Shown here in pieces: positions 21,601 to 28,500 of a stretch of 39,605 nucleotides of DNA; the first letter of the stretch is position 1; every line of letters starts with the position of its first letter. Origin of the DNA: Balanoglossus misakiensis (Eukaryota; Animalia; Hemichordata); NCBI GenBank assembly GCA_040954595.2, contig JBECUI020000065.1, positions 1 to 39,605 on the forward strand. The letters run 5' to 3'. The notes under the pieces were generated by a model. It did not search any database. It saw nothing but the letters and a program-made list of their open reading frames with translations, and was not told where the DNA came from. A program made the position numbers and the translations under genes.

Positions 21601-22037
21601 CTGGTTTTGCCCTGTCATTTGACGATCTGGCCGAGGACAATTTTGCCATTTGCGGCGAGTTTGACTGGGTCGGCGATAGCAGCCGGATGACCCGCAATTA
21701 TATTCGAATCAGCGGCTTGACTGGCTTTGAGTCGGTCGAGGCGATTCTACAGGATTTTGCTGGCGAAGTGGATACGAGCGTCACTGGTTGGCAGGTGAAG
21801 GAGCTGGATCCGGTCGAGTTTGGCTTCTCGCCTGGGGACGATGTGATAGTCATCCGCGCCTGGGAGTTGGAGAAAGTGTTTGGTGCTTTTCTCCGTGGCG
21901 ATGTGAGTTTCAGAATCAATGGAGCTCCTGCGTCAAAAGTGGATTGCGATCGGTTGATCCGTTCATCGCCGAGCTATGCGGTATCTGGCTTTGGCAATAA
22001 TGGCGGCGACAATCTGGCTCTGGACGGCGACGACTAA
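6474..22037 (+). CDS. Giant repetitive surface/secreted protein 2 (~5187 aa): signal peptide, 14 tandem ~330-aa repeats, conserved C-terminal module
   Basis: Uninterrupted 15.6 kb ORF (the track starts it at ATG 6423; I prefer GTG 6474 because of the RBS and homology to the gene 3 start). N-terminus has a basic cluster, a hydrophobic stretch and AWA|Q. Sequence is acidic and beta-strand-like. Function is inferred, not identified. Confidence 0.92.
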   Translation: MKFSSHSAPADTNIKQRRKRTENRLGMAGLLAISVFFAGAFDRSAWAQVPAVADIALGDIAGVDGFTEAIHVDSNVVTSALPSTSRTGTFEFLISGFVNIGTGLTGTPALSFGTVTDGSIIDTATTKITFHNADGTDANGNVSTADTVRVSVPVSFNGCDTASGLSLPVPTSFTINDTPVTLSWPGPAGQRLITCGKSYSVSTDVDGSTGDSEYAVSASGFIEAGGDIANRVKIGEINFNRQVQGNPVSRYYTSLADPGASYIDANLTVVSLKVQIDRTGSVPGIFDGELQLDDSHMNSDLGNAAVGITLGSVHEIQLLETIVPPRNYVARPVFPVSIYATLNDAGTVRDRPGVAFAVTELSLTSTIGAAVTYDLASAPLDGFAPVSVPTGPVANIAFGDVGAAGAAGRENGFTEAIHVDSNAVADLTGAIFEFQVSGLPNGLSGTPALSFSATGGRVLVITFYDVAGNRISSIGQGTSYIGVSVAMSFDGCVTADTGLNVATQLFTIGNTPVTLSWPAGTATSQQLISCGEAYSVSVASDEGAGDSEYVTDRRGFDTGIAGDSPGKAKIGELSIDPFNSQNGTVSRYYTSLLDPGANYIDAGTTLSSVSLTVRVSRTGTEALTESFNGKLQFGDDNEVSLGFADIDLDAADPSVTASVNVVTATMPNLPLPIYAVLDDASVVRDRPGVAFAVTGLRLTPRGIVSDPINYTIADIALDRFDAKTLVYADIVPGDVGASGAAGRVNGFTEAIHVDSYRLSGIQQAATFEFQITNLPADFSGNLILTFNNVIGSSHPSTHRFYNAAGTNITSIAQGTTSIAVVVELAFDGCSENINGLVMFAPTLTTGGALVGLSWPEDGFRDDKGNDDPSDDTYQLITCGTPYNVVVASDEDTSDSEYLADGSGFNIAVDGNVGKTQIGTLSVSFNDQDGTVSRYYSALPRDSTSPDAYSYYIDANTEVSLNLAVTSYGSAAFAGEAQVADGTAMPFSISASSSSTTTEIFAVAAVKGENLPIYVTMTDRSIGSRPGLIFNVTGIELTPTVGDPISYPVAGAPVALDGFAAPEVTAEIALGDVAGIDGFNEAIYVERRKVTGRENTRFEFVISNFVGSSLSGTPVLNFGAVTGGGGTIIDTDTDKITFHNADGTEATSISTAGSVHVSVPVTFYGCNYVPDLSIPAPTFTIGGAPVTLSGWQEKLITCGDTYSVSVDADAGDSSYAIDRSGFDTARGDEAGKALIGTVSIDPFNSQNGTVSRYYTSLAGSSTNYIDSSATLPSSARLTVRASQSISEVGLTEAFNGKLQLGETGTGAPINLDFANVTLIQASVTAVTSSLPIYATLDDAGTVRDRPGVDFAVTELRLTPTGGGSIDYAFPSVPLDGSVPLDGFAPVLPLAASIDFGDVTGVAGFNEVVHVDSNAVAEAQTGIFEFQITGFGGVSGALDLSFDTIVGGSVGVPVFHDSAGDVISEIAPADTSIGVSVSVNFDGCGGAVTGLSIPAPPSFAIGNTDIQLSWPGAATSQQLITCADAYSVPYVVVATSDESVSDSEYADGGAGFTAPIDGNASKTQIGTISVRGGTLNSVATQYYTNLSNPAIYIDANSSVSMRLKISSDGFAGFNGELQIGDDGTARSFGIDSGEIEIDVATVHPVSDLPIYVTMDDTNIAVRPGLDFTVTGLALTPTGATDSISYPVSGLPVPVALDGFQGAQIASLNFGDITGMDGFNEAIHVDSNIVSSSQPPTSRAATFEFLISGFSNTGVSGTPDLSFGTVTGGSINEAVGIKYYNSTGGEITGELSTNIGTIGVAVPVIFNGCSADVTFLSIPAPTLTIGSTSVTLTGWPSGNLITCGDAYSVSSDVAEDGSTGNSEYADNGYGFIVADGDSFDRAKIGEISFNSQVQGVTVSRYYTSLTDGPLATGQCSTTCLDASLSAASLTVQATRAGDLDFGGKLQLGDDIAGAQDIVFAAGATDATPVMVSVTGATSPIPIYATLDKGEALQTSQDFSFITSRPEMSFKVTSLSLTPIGATDPINYTATDIDLDSFAPVTVGQVAVSASFGEVVDASNTPLAGLNGFISSPIHVDSNAVNSALPSTSRTATFEFEVTITGTPDQLNGAISLEGTSPNSVSGGNFASAAFYQNGTAINELSIGVGDTSVTLGMVVTLDFYGCSINNPNLRLSNLDLNFGVRNADDIKLSYAKLSGPDVQIQCGEAYSVTVDTDEGANDSQYATDGTGFDTTVVNDEAGKAQIGTVSIDAFNSQSNTVSRYYTSLANSGANYIDASTEVNFNLRVISDGSAPFAGTLQIGTGAASALNIGAAAETKSVDVTAATGPALPIYLSLADGTFGDGNERSRPGLNFEVTGIELTGTTAPLNYPVAGAPVMLDEFAPVTAIPTGPTASIALGDIAAVDGFTEAIHVDRHAVAGAQTATFEFEISGFSDPNLSGTPVLSFGQVDERGMIAVSNGSIDMNTLSLTAYDADNASVGATVEVSFAGCDTASDLSIPAPVSFAIGDTPVTLSFPGSAQLLQLITCGEAYSVMVASDMDTDDSEYATDGTGFDTTRAGSIDSISKALIGEVSISAFNGQNGMVSRYYTSLTGGPLATGETCSSAAFAACLDADTKMRDLSLTVQAIRVGTWDFNGQLALELGEDSAFGDIVFAANDPTSDVAINLSATGGPSLPVDFSLAGSSVSIYAQLGDGSFGDGQARSRPGLSFVVTSFDLTSESGRASIGSPTGLDAALDGFSAVSPAPTASIELGDIATVTGFTGPVYVDKYIVTETQTATFEFQILAVSDASLSGVLAFSFGQAGESGIISIDNGSIDMGTLILHDAEGNLIDAGGSVTVTDNDAAIIRGAVDVSFDGCGGAVTGLSIPAPASFAIGDTDIQLSWPGAATSLQLISCGDPYIVSSDVGTSDSEYADGGAGFVVTGEDSASQAIIGTIGFNSDTATRYYTDLSNPEANYLDATTEIRLKLAVISDGLAGFNGEVQIGSGAATTLEIDAGLVIADIVVPTGENLPILVTMTDIAMRSRPRLSFVVNGMTTAEGSKISYITDGVLDGFAPVLGTSANIAFGDITGMDGFNEAIHVDSNIVKSTQDVADRTAIFEFVISGFSDTGLSGTPALSFGTVTGGSIDEAVGIKYYSSGEEITGEFSANIGTLGVAVPVIFNGCDNAPGGLTLPVPGFSIGDTLVTLTSWPSGNFIACGEVYIATIGPDANDSAYSAHGSGFDTTVGDEVGKAQIGTLSLSFNSQDGTVSRYYTNLNIGTLNYLEASNEVSLDLAVSSDGFAEFAGELQIGAGDGYSLTIAEGATDPVPVDVALPADTSTALPIYLSLAADTFGLDNVRSRPMLHFSVAGFKLTPTGATDPLNYPVADAPVALDEFARIAVEPVTVSAIWQEVVDGNGAPVPEVKGFAGPVYVDSNIVTEAQNVSFEFEAVITGTPAQLNGAIVLEDQVPGTVVGGRLLPTGFYQNGTEINELSVDAGVTSVTLGMRVDFAFDGCGSASSLSLTESLDFKITNTSGTITVFTKTDLGVTDLITCGEAYVVAVTPDEGANDSQYATDGTGFDTTVGDEVGKAKIGELSIGAFNDQGAAALRYYTSLIDGSDSNYIDVNTAIASLGFDVTSDGSAPFAGTLQIDTGAASALNIGAAAETKSVDVTAATGTDLPIYLSLADGTFGNGNERSRPGLSFEVTGIELTGTTAPLNYPVAGAPVMLDEFAPVTAISTGPTASIAPGDVAGMDGFNEPIHVDSSMVTGQQSVRFEFLISGFSDTNLSGTPVLSFGQVDERGMIAVSNGSIDMNTLSLTAYDADNASVGATVEVSFAGCDTASGLSIPAPVSFAIGDTPVTLSFPGSAQLLQLITCGEAYSVMVASDMDTDNSEYATDGTGFDTTRTGSIDSISKALIGEISISAFNGQNGMVSRYYTSLTGGPLATGETCSSAASAACLDADTKMRDLSLTVQAIRVGTWDFSGQLALELGEDSAFGDIVFAANDPTSDVAINLSATGGPSLPVDFSLAGSSVSIYAQLGDGSFGDGQARSRPGLSFVVTSFDLTSESGRASIGSPTGLDTALDGFEQFTLPNDLTASIEFGDVPDISGFVEPIHVDSNAVAEAQTGIFEFQITGFGGVSGVLDLSFGTIVGGSVGDKLFHDSAGNVISEIAPDNTSIGVSVSVSFDGCSNATGFALSDPSLMIDGAPVALTGWPSGNLITCAEAYSVAVASDITYAAGSSMGDSEYADTTGFDAMIAGDSADKALIGTLTVSFNSGTAMSYYTNLSDNSSYINAETEFAAVNFALEVTGDGYAGFVGEVSSGSGAATALTIDRGVTEAKIIVATVTGDNVPIHVTLVDAAIRRSRPGLSFAVTSLSLTPIGGGSAIDYAVTSNALDGFAKASIPEIMFEKIRGAKNPDGTALLGFNETIHVESNMVAGVQSTNFEFKISGLGNLSGTPVLSFNAFLVKGGFVDNNAIKYYDGSGIRTQFVSSGADSFLVAVPVVFFGCNNYSGFVVPAPTFKINDVEVTLTGWPSGGNLITCAEAYSVSGDSFASSYADSGKGFVVAGGDSIRRAKIGEIVFDNSTATRYYTSLAGGSVAIGSSCADSCIDSATMLSLASLEVQASRGDDLEFNGRLELGDTGAANTGKEIIFASNNSITTILSVVPDNGLIDLLNIYVRLNNVTVQNRPQMEFVVTSLNIMAGDRRISYIYAAPPIILDGFDAVTPSDDVIITLPTGEISDGIIAGANIDVSAATADQPALYIATDALATAEMAQDFYQSFTADLAAGDYRLRVDLAGGSFIGNAAAENNGRFADGSVYAAVKIGDADSVVASGYVSSVASSVDISFTTDAAGTAVFELLLPIEFAGCADTASELRATVSFAAVPGGSAAPAAVERQFIGCARAYALAENSGSDTGWGGGDSKYVENGFGLDIGVFGPVLNNFRLPADTADKAAIGVVELSFNPDNIAADVFYLDIGTIKRELAGVTGEVALRVIADNAAGLAGVVFDDAPAALVGFTDGVAELPINPDQNKMFRDAIYLSLGDAQPEVRLSGEIVLVATNTAIDAGFALSFDDLAEDNFAICGEFDWVGDSSRMTRNYIRISGLTGFESVEAILQDFAGEVDTSVTGWQVKELDPVEFGFSPGDDVIVIRAWELEKVFGAFLRGDVSFRINGAPASKVDCDRLIRSSPSYAVSGFGNNGGDNLALDGDD
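13320..14668 (+). repeat. Near-identical ~1.35 kb internal duplication, copy 1 (copy 2 at 17307-18655)
   Basis: The offset is 3987 bp at both ends (agcgacggttcggcg at 13320/17307; gacgggttt at 14661/18648). One divergent ~100 bp patch lies inside. Confidence 0.93.
17307..18655 (+). repeat. Near-identical ~1.35 kb internal duplication, copy 2
   Basis: Matches 13320-14668, e.g. the encoded SGTPVLSFGQVDERGMIAVSNG...SESGRASIGSPTGLD. Confidence 0.93.
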
Positions 22038-22040
22038 GCC
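20616..22040 (+). repeat. Conserved C-terminal module, copy 2
   Basis: Matches 4729-6159. Both end ...DCDRLIRSSPSYAVSxFGNNGGDNxALDGDD*. Confidence 0.93.
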
Positions 22041-22215
22041 TCTGTCGGAGATATATAGCCGCATTTTCTGCCCCGAATGCCCAATTAACCTTTTATTTTT
22101 ATGTGTTTTGGTGCTATTTTCCGACAAAACAGCCCATTGGTTTTCCAGGGATGTTGGTTTTCATTGAGGGGGCAAGGATAATCGGGTGACTTACCACAAA
22201 ATTTGTCAAACGGGT

Positions 22216-22287
22216 TAAAACGCTCTTGCGGTGCAGACTGTTTTTGCGCTACATCGAAACGTGATAGCTGTTGGCAAAAGACATGCC
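22216..22287 (+). promoter_or_regulatory. Conserved upstream block, putative sigma70-type promoter of gene 3
   Basis: TTGCGG at 22226-22231 and GCTACATC at 22248-22255. Homologous to 6274-6345, while the rest of the two intergenic regions is dissimilar. Confidence 0.6.
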
Positions 22288-22403
22288 CTATTTGTATGTA
22301 AATGTAAGAACATTACAGATTGGTAGCGATGTGTCTGTTTATAGCGGTTGTCTCTATGGGGTGTGATGCTCATCCCGATGGTCTGTTTGTCGCAGAGAAT
22401 TTT

Positions 22404-22408
22404 AGGAG
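22404..22408 (+). promoter_or_regulatory. Shine-Dalgarno AGGAG for gene 3
   Basis: AGGAG lies 9 nt upstream of ATG 22418. Confidence 0.7.
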
Positions 22409-22417
22409 TCCAGGAAT

Positions 22418-22567
22418 ATGGAACAGGTGAAATTTTTGTACTGTTTTTTGTACCGCCCTAATCCCGCCAGTGTAGACGTAGCGAAAACCAGAAAGCGAAA
22501 AGGTAGCTGGCTTGGTCTGGCTGGCCTTCTGGTCATGTCGTGCTTGTTCTCTGCACCGGCTTTGGCT
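22418..22567 (+). other. Extended Sec-type signal peptide of gene 3
   Basis: MEQVKF...KTRKRKGSWLGLAGLLVMSCLFSAPALA|QPI, homologous in layout to the gene 2 signal peptide. Confidence 0.75.
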
Positions 22568-25500
22568 CAGCCTATTATGGGGCCGATTATTGGCGGTGGC
22601 GGCTCGCATGATTTTGGCGCTGGAGGCATGGATATCGAGGATGCCGCCAGAGAAGTTACTGCATATGTGGAGCTTTCACGTAACCAGCTAATGCAGGCAA
22701 GAGATACTCTCCACCAGGTTCAGGCTTGGCAAGGTGATTCGTCCGGCATTGAGCCTTTGGTACTGGAGGCTGAGGCAGCTTTTGAGCAGGTTGTCGCGGC
22801 GAGCGCGGCGTTTGATTCGGCACGTTTGGCCGGCGCAGAGCAGCAAGAATGGATGAGGGAGAGAAACCGTGTTCAAAGTCTGGCGCAAGATGTAAGAGAG
22901 GCCGGCGAAGCAGTATTGGGTCTGGCGGCTTCGATTTGGATAGGTAATTCTGCCGCGGATATAGCTGAGCAGGTAGGGCGAGTTGAGACGGTTTTGGCCA
23001 TATTCCCTGATAATGGCAGTTACAGGGAACAGGTTTTGAGCATAGTTCAGAATATTGAAACAATGCGCCCCGGTGCCGAAGCTGCGGAAGCCGAGGTCTA
23101 TGCGAAATATACGGCGTATCAGAATGGAGGCTCAGAGCAGGATTGGAATGCCGCCATTTCCGGATATCTGGCGGTCATTCAGAGCATTTCCGATTTGGGC
23201 GAGCCGCTTCTGGTCGAGGTTGCGGCTCTGGTCAGAGGAAATATTGAATGGTGTGACATTGTAGCTGACAGCTATATGGAGCGCATCAGGCTGGCTGTTA
23301 CCAGTATCCAGGGATATTATAGTTTCGAGGCTTTTTACGCCAATGGCTTGCTCGGCCGCAAACATCAGGAATCTACTGCCAATTCAGCATTTGGCTATAA
23401 CAAGAATGCCGTGGTGAAAGAGGCCGTTGCCGAAATGGAAGCCATGTTTTCGGGCGGCCAAGCGGTCGATCTGGCCGAATTGCATCGGCTGGAGACCGTG
23501 GCTTGCAACAGCAAGGCTTCCTTGTGGGAGAATGCTCAAGCTGCCGAAAGGATTGCTGCAAGTGTCTCCTTTGTCATAGATCGATTCAGGAGCGCCAAAT
23601 GGTGTACTAATGCGGCTTTGGATGCTGTTGCCAGTATCAGGTCTGGCATTGATCGCATCAATAGCCTTAGCGGCTCCTTTCCCGAAGGCTCAGGCCTGTT
23701 TCAGGGTGAGCTCGGACTGGCTCAGGAGCAACTGAACAATGCCTTGGAGCAAACCGCTATAGCGGTTGCAGCCTTTGAGGATATGGGTGCGTTGATGCAG
23801 TCTGATAATGATGATCAGGCGAATATGGAAGAAGTGAAGGATCGCGCCTGTGCCCCACAAGCTTCGGTGGAGGCTGCTGATGAGGCGGTGAGCAATATCG
23901 CTGCCAGAGTAGCGGCCGCCGCCAATTACAGAGGCGAAGCCCAGGCCTGTGTCGATATGTCGGTGTCTCATGTCCAGCGCGCCAGAAATGCTGTCCAGCG
24001 TGCCGGAATTGCTGGCTCCTATCGTGCTCTGGCTCAGAATGAGCTTGATAATGCCTTGATGCATTCGAATGCGGCTGCGGCTACCCTAAGGGGGATTGAT
24101 GATGCGCTCAGCTCCGGGCAGGGCGATTTGGCAGAAATGGTTGCCAGCGCTTGCAGGCAAAGCGATGCTGCCGGGCTGGCTGCCGCCAATGCCGACGCTA
24201 TAGCCGCTGAGGCCGAGCAAGCATTTGAAAGTGATGCGTGGAATAGCGCGCTGAAGGCAGTAGAGGATTTCAGCAATTCAGAGGCCGTTCGCGAGGCCGT
24301 TGATAGAAACGCCGCCACAGCCAATGACAATGCCCGCCGTCGCCGGTCTTCGCGGAACACTGTTAATAATAATGTTAACCAATATAGCTGCGATCCCAAT
24401 AATTTTGTGTGTGAACACCTTGCCAGCGAAGATTATGGTCTGGTCAGGCATGAGTGGAACCCTTGGGCGTATGACAACCCGTTCGATGATTGTCCGCCGC
24501 TCAGAGATATGCCCAATCCGCCGCCGGTGCCGCCGTCGATTCCCGAGTATCTGACGAAATATCAGCTCGCAAATATCGATGACAATGCAAATAATGGCTA
24601 CACATCGACGATTTTTCTTGATGCGGACAGCTCGGCGGCCAGCAATGTTTGGGGCTTGTTTGAGATCGATATGGAAATCGACACGGCAAGCAATGGAGCA
24701 ATAGAATTATTGACTCCTTTATTATATGACGAACTGCTTTATTCTTTGAATACACCAGGAGCATTTGCTACATTATTCCAGAATACTCAGGCAAGCGGAG
24801 TGCCGGAGCCAGGCAGCATTTCCTGGTCGAGAGCAGAAATCTGCAAGAATTATCCGCGGGCATGTGTGAGGGGCGGAGCCGCACATCCGATCAGTTTGCC
24901 AGAGGGTGGATACCCGACGCATGGCATGAATTTTATCTTGTCCGATGGCAGCATCGAGACCGAATATCATAATCTTCCTCTGTTTATAGAGCGCGTATAC
25001 TCCTCCGGTGGAGCAGCCTCTATGGAGGCGTTTTTGGGCGTCCGCGGCATCCAGTTTTATATTGCAGCGCGTTTTGATGGTTGTAGCGCCAGCCCCGGCA
25101 TGTATCTGCCAGCACCTGAGATAGTGTTCAATTTGGGCTATGACATGTACGAAATAGGTTTTCGGTCCAGTAGTGTTTCCAACTATACCGATCTCGAACT
25201 GATCAGATGTGTGAATCGTGCAAATGCCTACAGGGTCACGGCGGCTACCGATGAGAGCGAGCAATATTGGGGCGTAGCCAATGATAGCAGATATGCCGAG
25301 GATGGCACAGGCTTTCATGTTGCAAACGATGATAGCAGAGAGAGCGTAACAGAAACCAAAATCGGCTCTATGAGCATAGAGTGGGCTCTGGATGAAAACG
25401 ATAGGATCAAACAATCTTTCGGGACAGAAGGTTCATTAAACACTCCCGGTACCGATGGTCCCGGCACGCAGTTTTTGACAATGGGCAATATTGTCGATAC

Positions 25501-28500
25501 GGCGGTCGATTTTCTGGTAGAGGGTGCCAATGGTGATGGCGTATTTAATGGTTATATCAAGCTTGTCCTGAGTGATGGCAGATCGGCCAATTCGCCAAGC
25601 TTTGCTCTGGATACGGTGAACAGCCCCAATGATTCGAAGACGGCAACAGTTTCGTTTTCCGGGGTTGGTCTGCAAGAATTGTCACCTGGTATTTTCGGCA
25701 GGGAAGCAGAGATATTTCTGGTGCTGGAGGATACAGGCGGAGTGCCTCCAACCAAACGCGCCGGGCTTGAGATCACGCTGGCTGAGACCAGAATCAGCCC
25801 GAATGGATACACTGACGCCGCCAATAATAATATAGAGATTATAGTCGATAGCGAAGATGTTGTTCTGGATGGTATTCTTGGCTGGCCCAGCCAAGATGTT
25901 TCTTCTGATGAGGCCGAGGCGATACTTTCCTTCGCTAATGTCAATGGGGTGTCGAACGACGCTTTTGAGAACAATTATATAATTGTCGACAAGTCTCTAG
26001 TGAATAATGCTCAGACCGGGACGTTTGAGTTTTCCATAGCTGTGAATGTCAAGAACAGGGGTGATGCAAGTCTGAACGGACTCATATATAGCAGCCCGAC
26101 AATAATAGGTGGCAGGCAGGTCGGAGCCGCCGAATTCTATATCAATGGAAGTTTGGCGAATAGCATTGATATGAGCAGTGTGGATCATGCCAACATAGGG
26201 GTAAGATTTAATTTGCAATTTGACGGCTGTGGCTCTGCAACAGAGATGAGTTTCAAGCCGCATATCCAGATCGGGAATGAGAGGATAGTTTTTACAGCTC
26301 CGGCTGCTGGTGCTCTCCAGCCCGATGATGCTGGTAATTACAAGCTGGTCGAATGCAGCACTGAGTCGGCCTATACCGATATGAGTTTTGTCGGTGATGA
26401 GAGCGCCGATGATTCTGTATACTCTCCTGACGGATCAGGTTTTGCTACCAATGTTAGAGGAGATGCCTGGAATAGTGCCAAGATTGGCTCCTTTAGCATC
26501 ACATTGAATCAGGATTTATATGCTGATGCCACCAAGCGTTATTATATAGATTTGTCGAATAAGCAGTTTGTCAGCAAGCTCACACCTTTGCGTATAGGTA
26601 TGGATTTGAAGATAACCCGCCATTGGAACAGGTCAGATGCTAATTCAGGCGAATTGTCTGGTCAGTTGGCAATGGATGGTAATGGTTCTATCAATAAGAG
26701 TGTAGTTAATTTTGCTTTTGCTCCTATTACGGCTGTTACTAATGCTATCAATGGTCTTGAGACCGAGCATCTCAATAGTAGAATGCATCATACGAGTGTT
26801 ATCCCGGTTCAATGGAACGGTTCGGGTATCTTTACCGATAATATTACATTCCAGTTGAATTCCAGGGGAGAGCCGGTTTCATTGCCGGGGGTAGAGTTCA
26901 ATGTCAGCCGGATGGAGGCTTTACATGGCGAGCTTCGCCTGATCGAGCACTCAGTGGCCGGAGGGGTGGAGTTGGATAGTTTTGCTCAGCGCTATATTGC
27001 GTCCGGAGCGCGAATCTCTCCGAGTGCCGCCGCGCTCATCAATCCAGAGGATTTTTATTATTATAGCGGCCCGACATTGGTAGGCATGGTCGAGGTTGAC
27101 GAACAGGCGGTGAGTGCCAATGCAGAAGAGGGAGTAAGACGCGGCTGGTTTGGCTTTACGGTAAGCAATCTTTTAGGGGTGGAGCTTGGTTCTCAGGGCA
27201 AGCTGGTCAAGCTGGAATTCGATAATAATGCGGTTGAAAATGGTAGCATTGATAATGATGGGATCATTTACAATACAGGCTTGTCTTCGAGTTCTACCAG
27301 AAATGCTCTGAAAGAGCTTACACCTTTTGATGTAGTTGTGCCGGTGACTTTTGCTGGTTGCGATGGCGCTGTTACTGGCATGAGCATCCCGGCGCCGAAA
27401 TTATATCTGCTCAATGGGCAGGGCTATGTTGAGATAGGCAAAAATGCCGATGATGAAACTCTCTTTAACTCCTTATATGCGCCCAAGGAGGCCGATAATA
27501 ATGGACATGACTTGTCATGGGGTGAAGGTGCCACGGCAAAATTGCAGATTGTCTCTTGTTTTGGCTCTTCCTATGAGGTGGCGGTGTCCTCAGATGAGGA
27601 GGAGGCGAACTCCAGATATGATCCCAATGCTGGTGCCACGTCTTTTGACACCAATGCTGATGGCGATACCGCGACAGAGGCCCGGCTTGGTTACATAGAT
27701 GTGAGCGGCTCCAGTGAGGTGAATATCCATACCAGCTTGAATGTGATGCCAGTTCCGGGCTCAGGCGCTGATGGTAGCAAAACAGTTGATATCAGGATAG
27801 ACAGCATTGGCTTTACCGGAGACACCGTCCGCGGGAGTTTTGGACTAAAGCACAATGGTAATAGCTTGCCTGGCCTTGCTCCCTATATTGTCTCTGCGGC
27901 GTCGCTGCCGGCTCGGTTCGAGATTTACTTCACTCATGACCCCAATAATTCAGATGTCACTGCATTTGAAACAAGCCTGTCGGGGCTTCAGGTGAGCGTG
28001 AGAGAAAATACCCCGTCTGGATCCAGCGATTATTCTACAATTTTCAGCACTGATCAGAGCTTTGCATTGGATAAGCTCGACCATCCAAATGATTATAGCG
28101 ATAAAAGGGTCTCCTTTGCCATGGGCGATAGCGGTCTTGTCGGTGGTAATGGCTTTACTGATACAGCCAATGTTATTTCTGAAGATGTTCTCTCTACTTC
28201 CGGCGCTGCGGCTCTAACCGGATGGTTTGAGTTTGTTTTCAGCAATATTGGAGCAGGCATAGATTTCAGAAACCCAGATAATGCTCCAACAGTTACGTTT
28301 GACGCGGGCAATATCAGCAATGGAACGATAATTGCCAACTCGATCAGCTATAATGGTCTGTCACGCGGGCTTGGCGTATCGGTGCAATTCAGGTTTAATG
28401 GCTGTAGCGCTGATGTCAGCAATATGGTCGTGCCGGTTCCAAGCTTGCGAGTAACAATAGGCGGAGTCGCAACCAATCTTGTGGTGGATGGGAGAGCCGT

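Noticed and set aside
20616-22037. Autotransporter barrel, RTX/T1SS tail, LPXTG or T9SS CTD at the C-terminus
   Set aside because: There is no terminal aromatic residue or evident barrel pattern, no GGxGxD nonapeptide series, and no sortase motif, transmembrane helix or basic tail.
4729-22040. Diversity-generating retroelement (TR/VR pair) as an explanation for the near-identical 3' ends
   Set aside because: Both copies are coding, differences include C/T synonymous changes and indels rather than adenine-specific substitutions, and no reverse transcriptase is present in the window.
22084-22288. CtrA half-sites (TTAACC at ~22085, GGTTAA at ~22213) and a GG-N10-GC at ~22272
   Set aside because: Only isolated half-sites or weak matches in AT-rich DNA, and they are not conserved in the other intergenic region.
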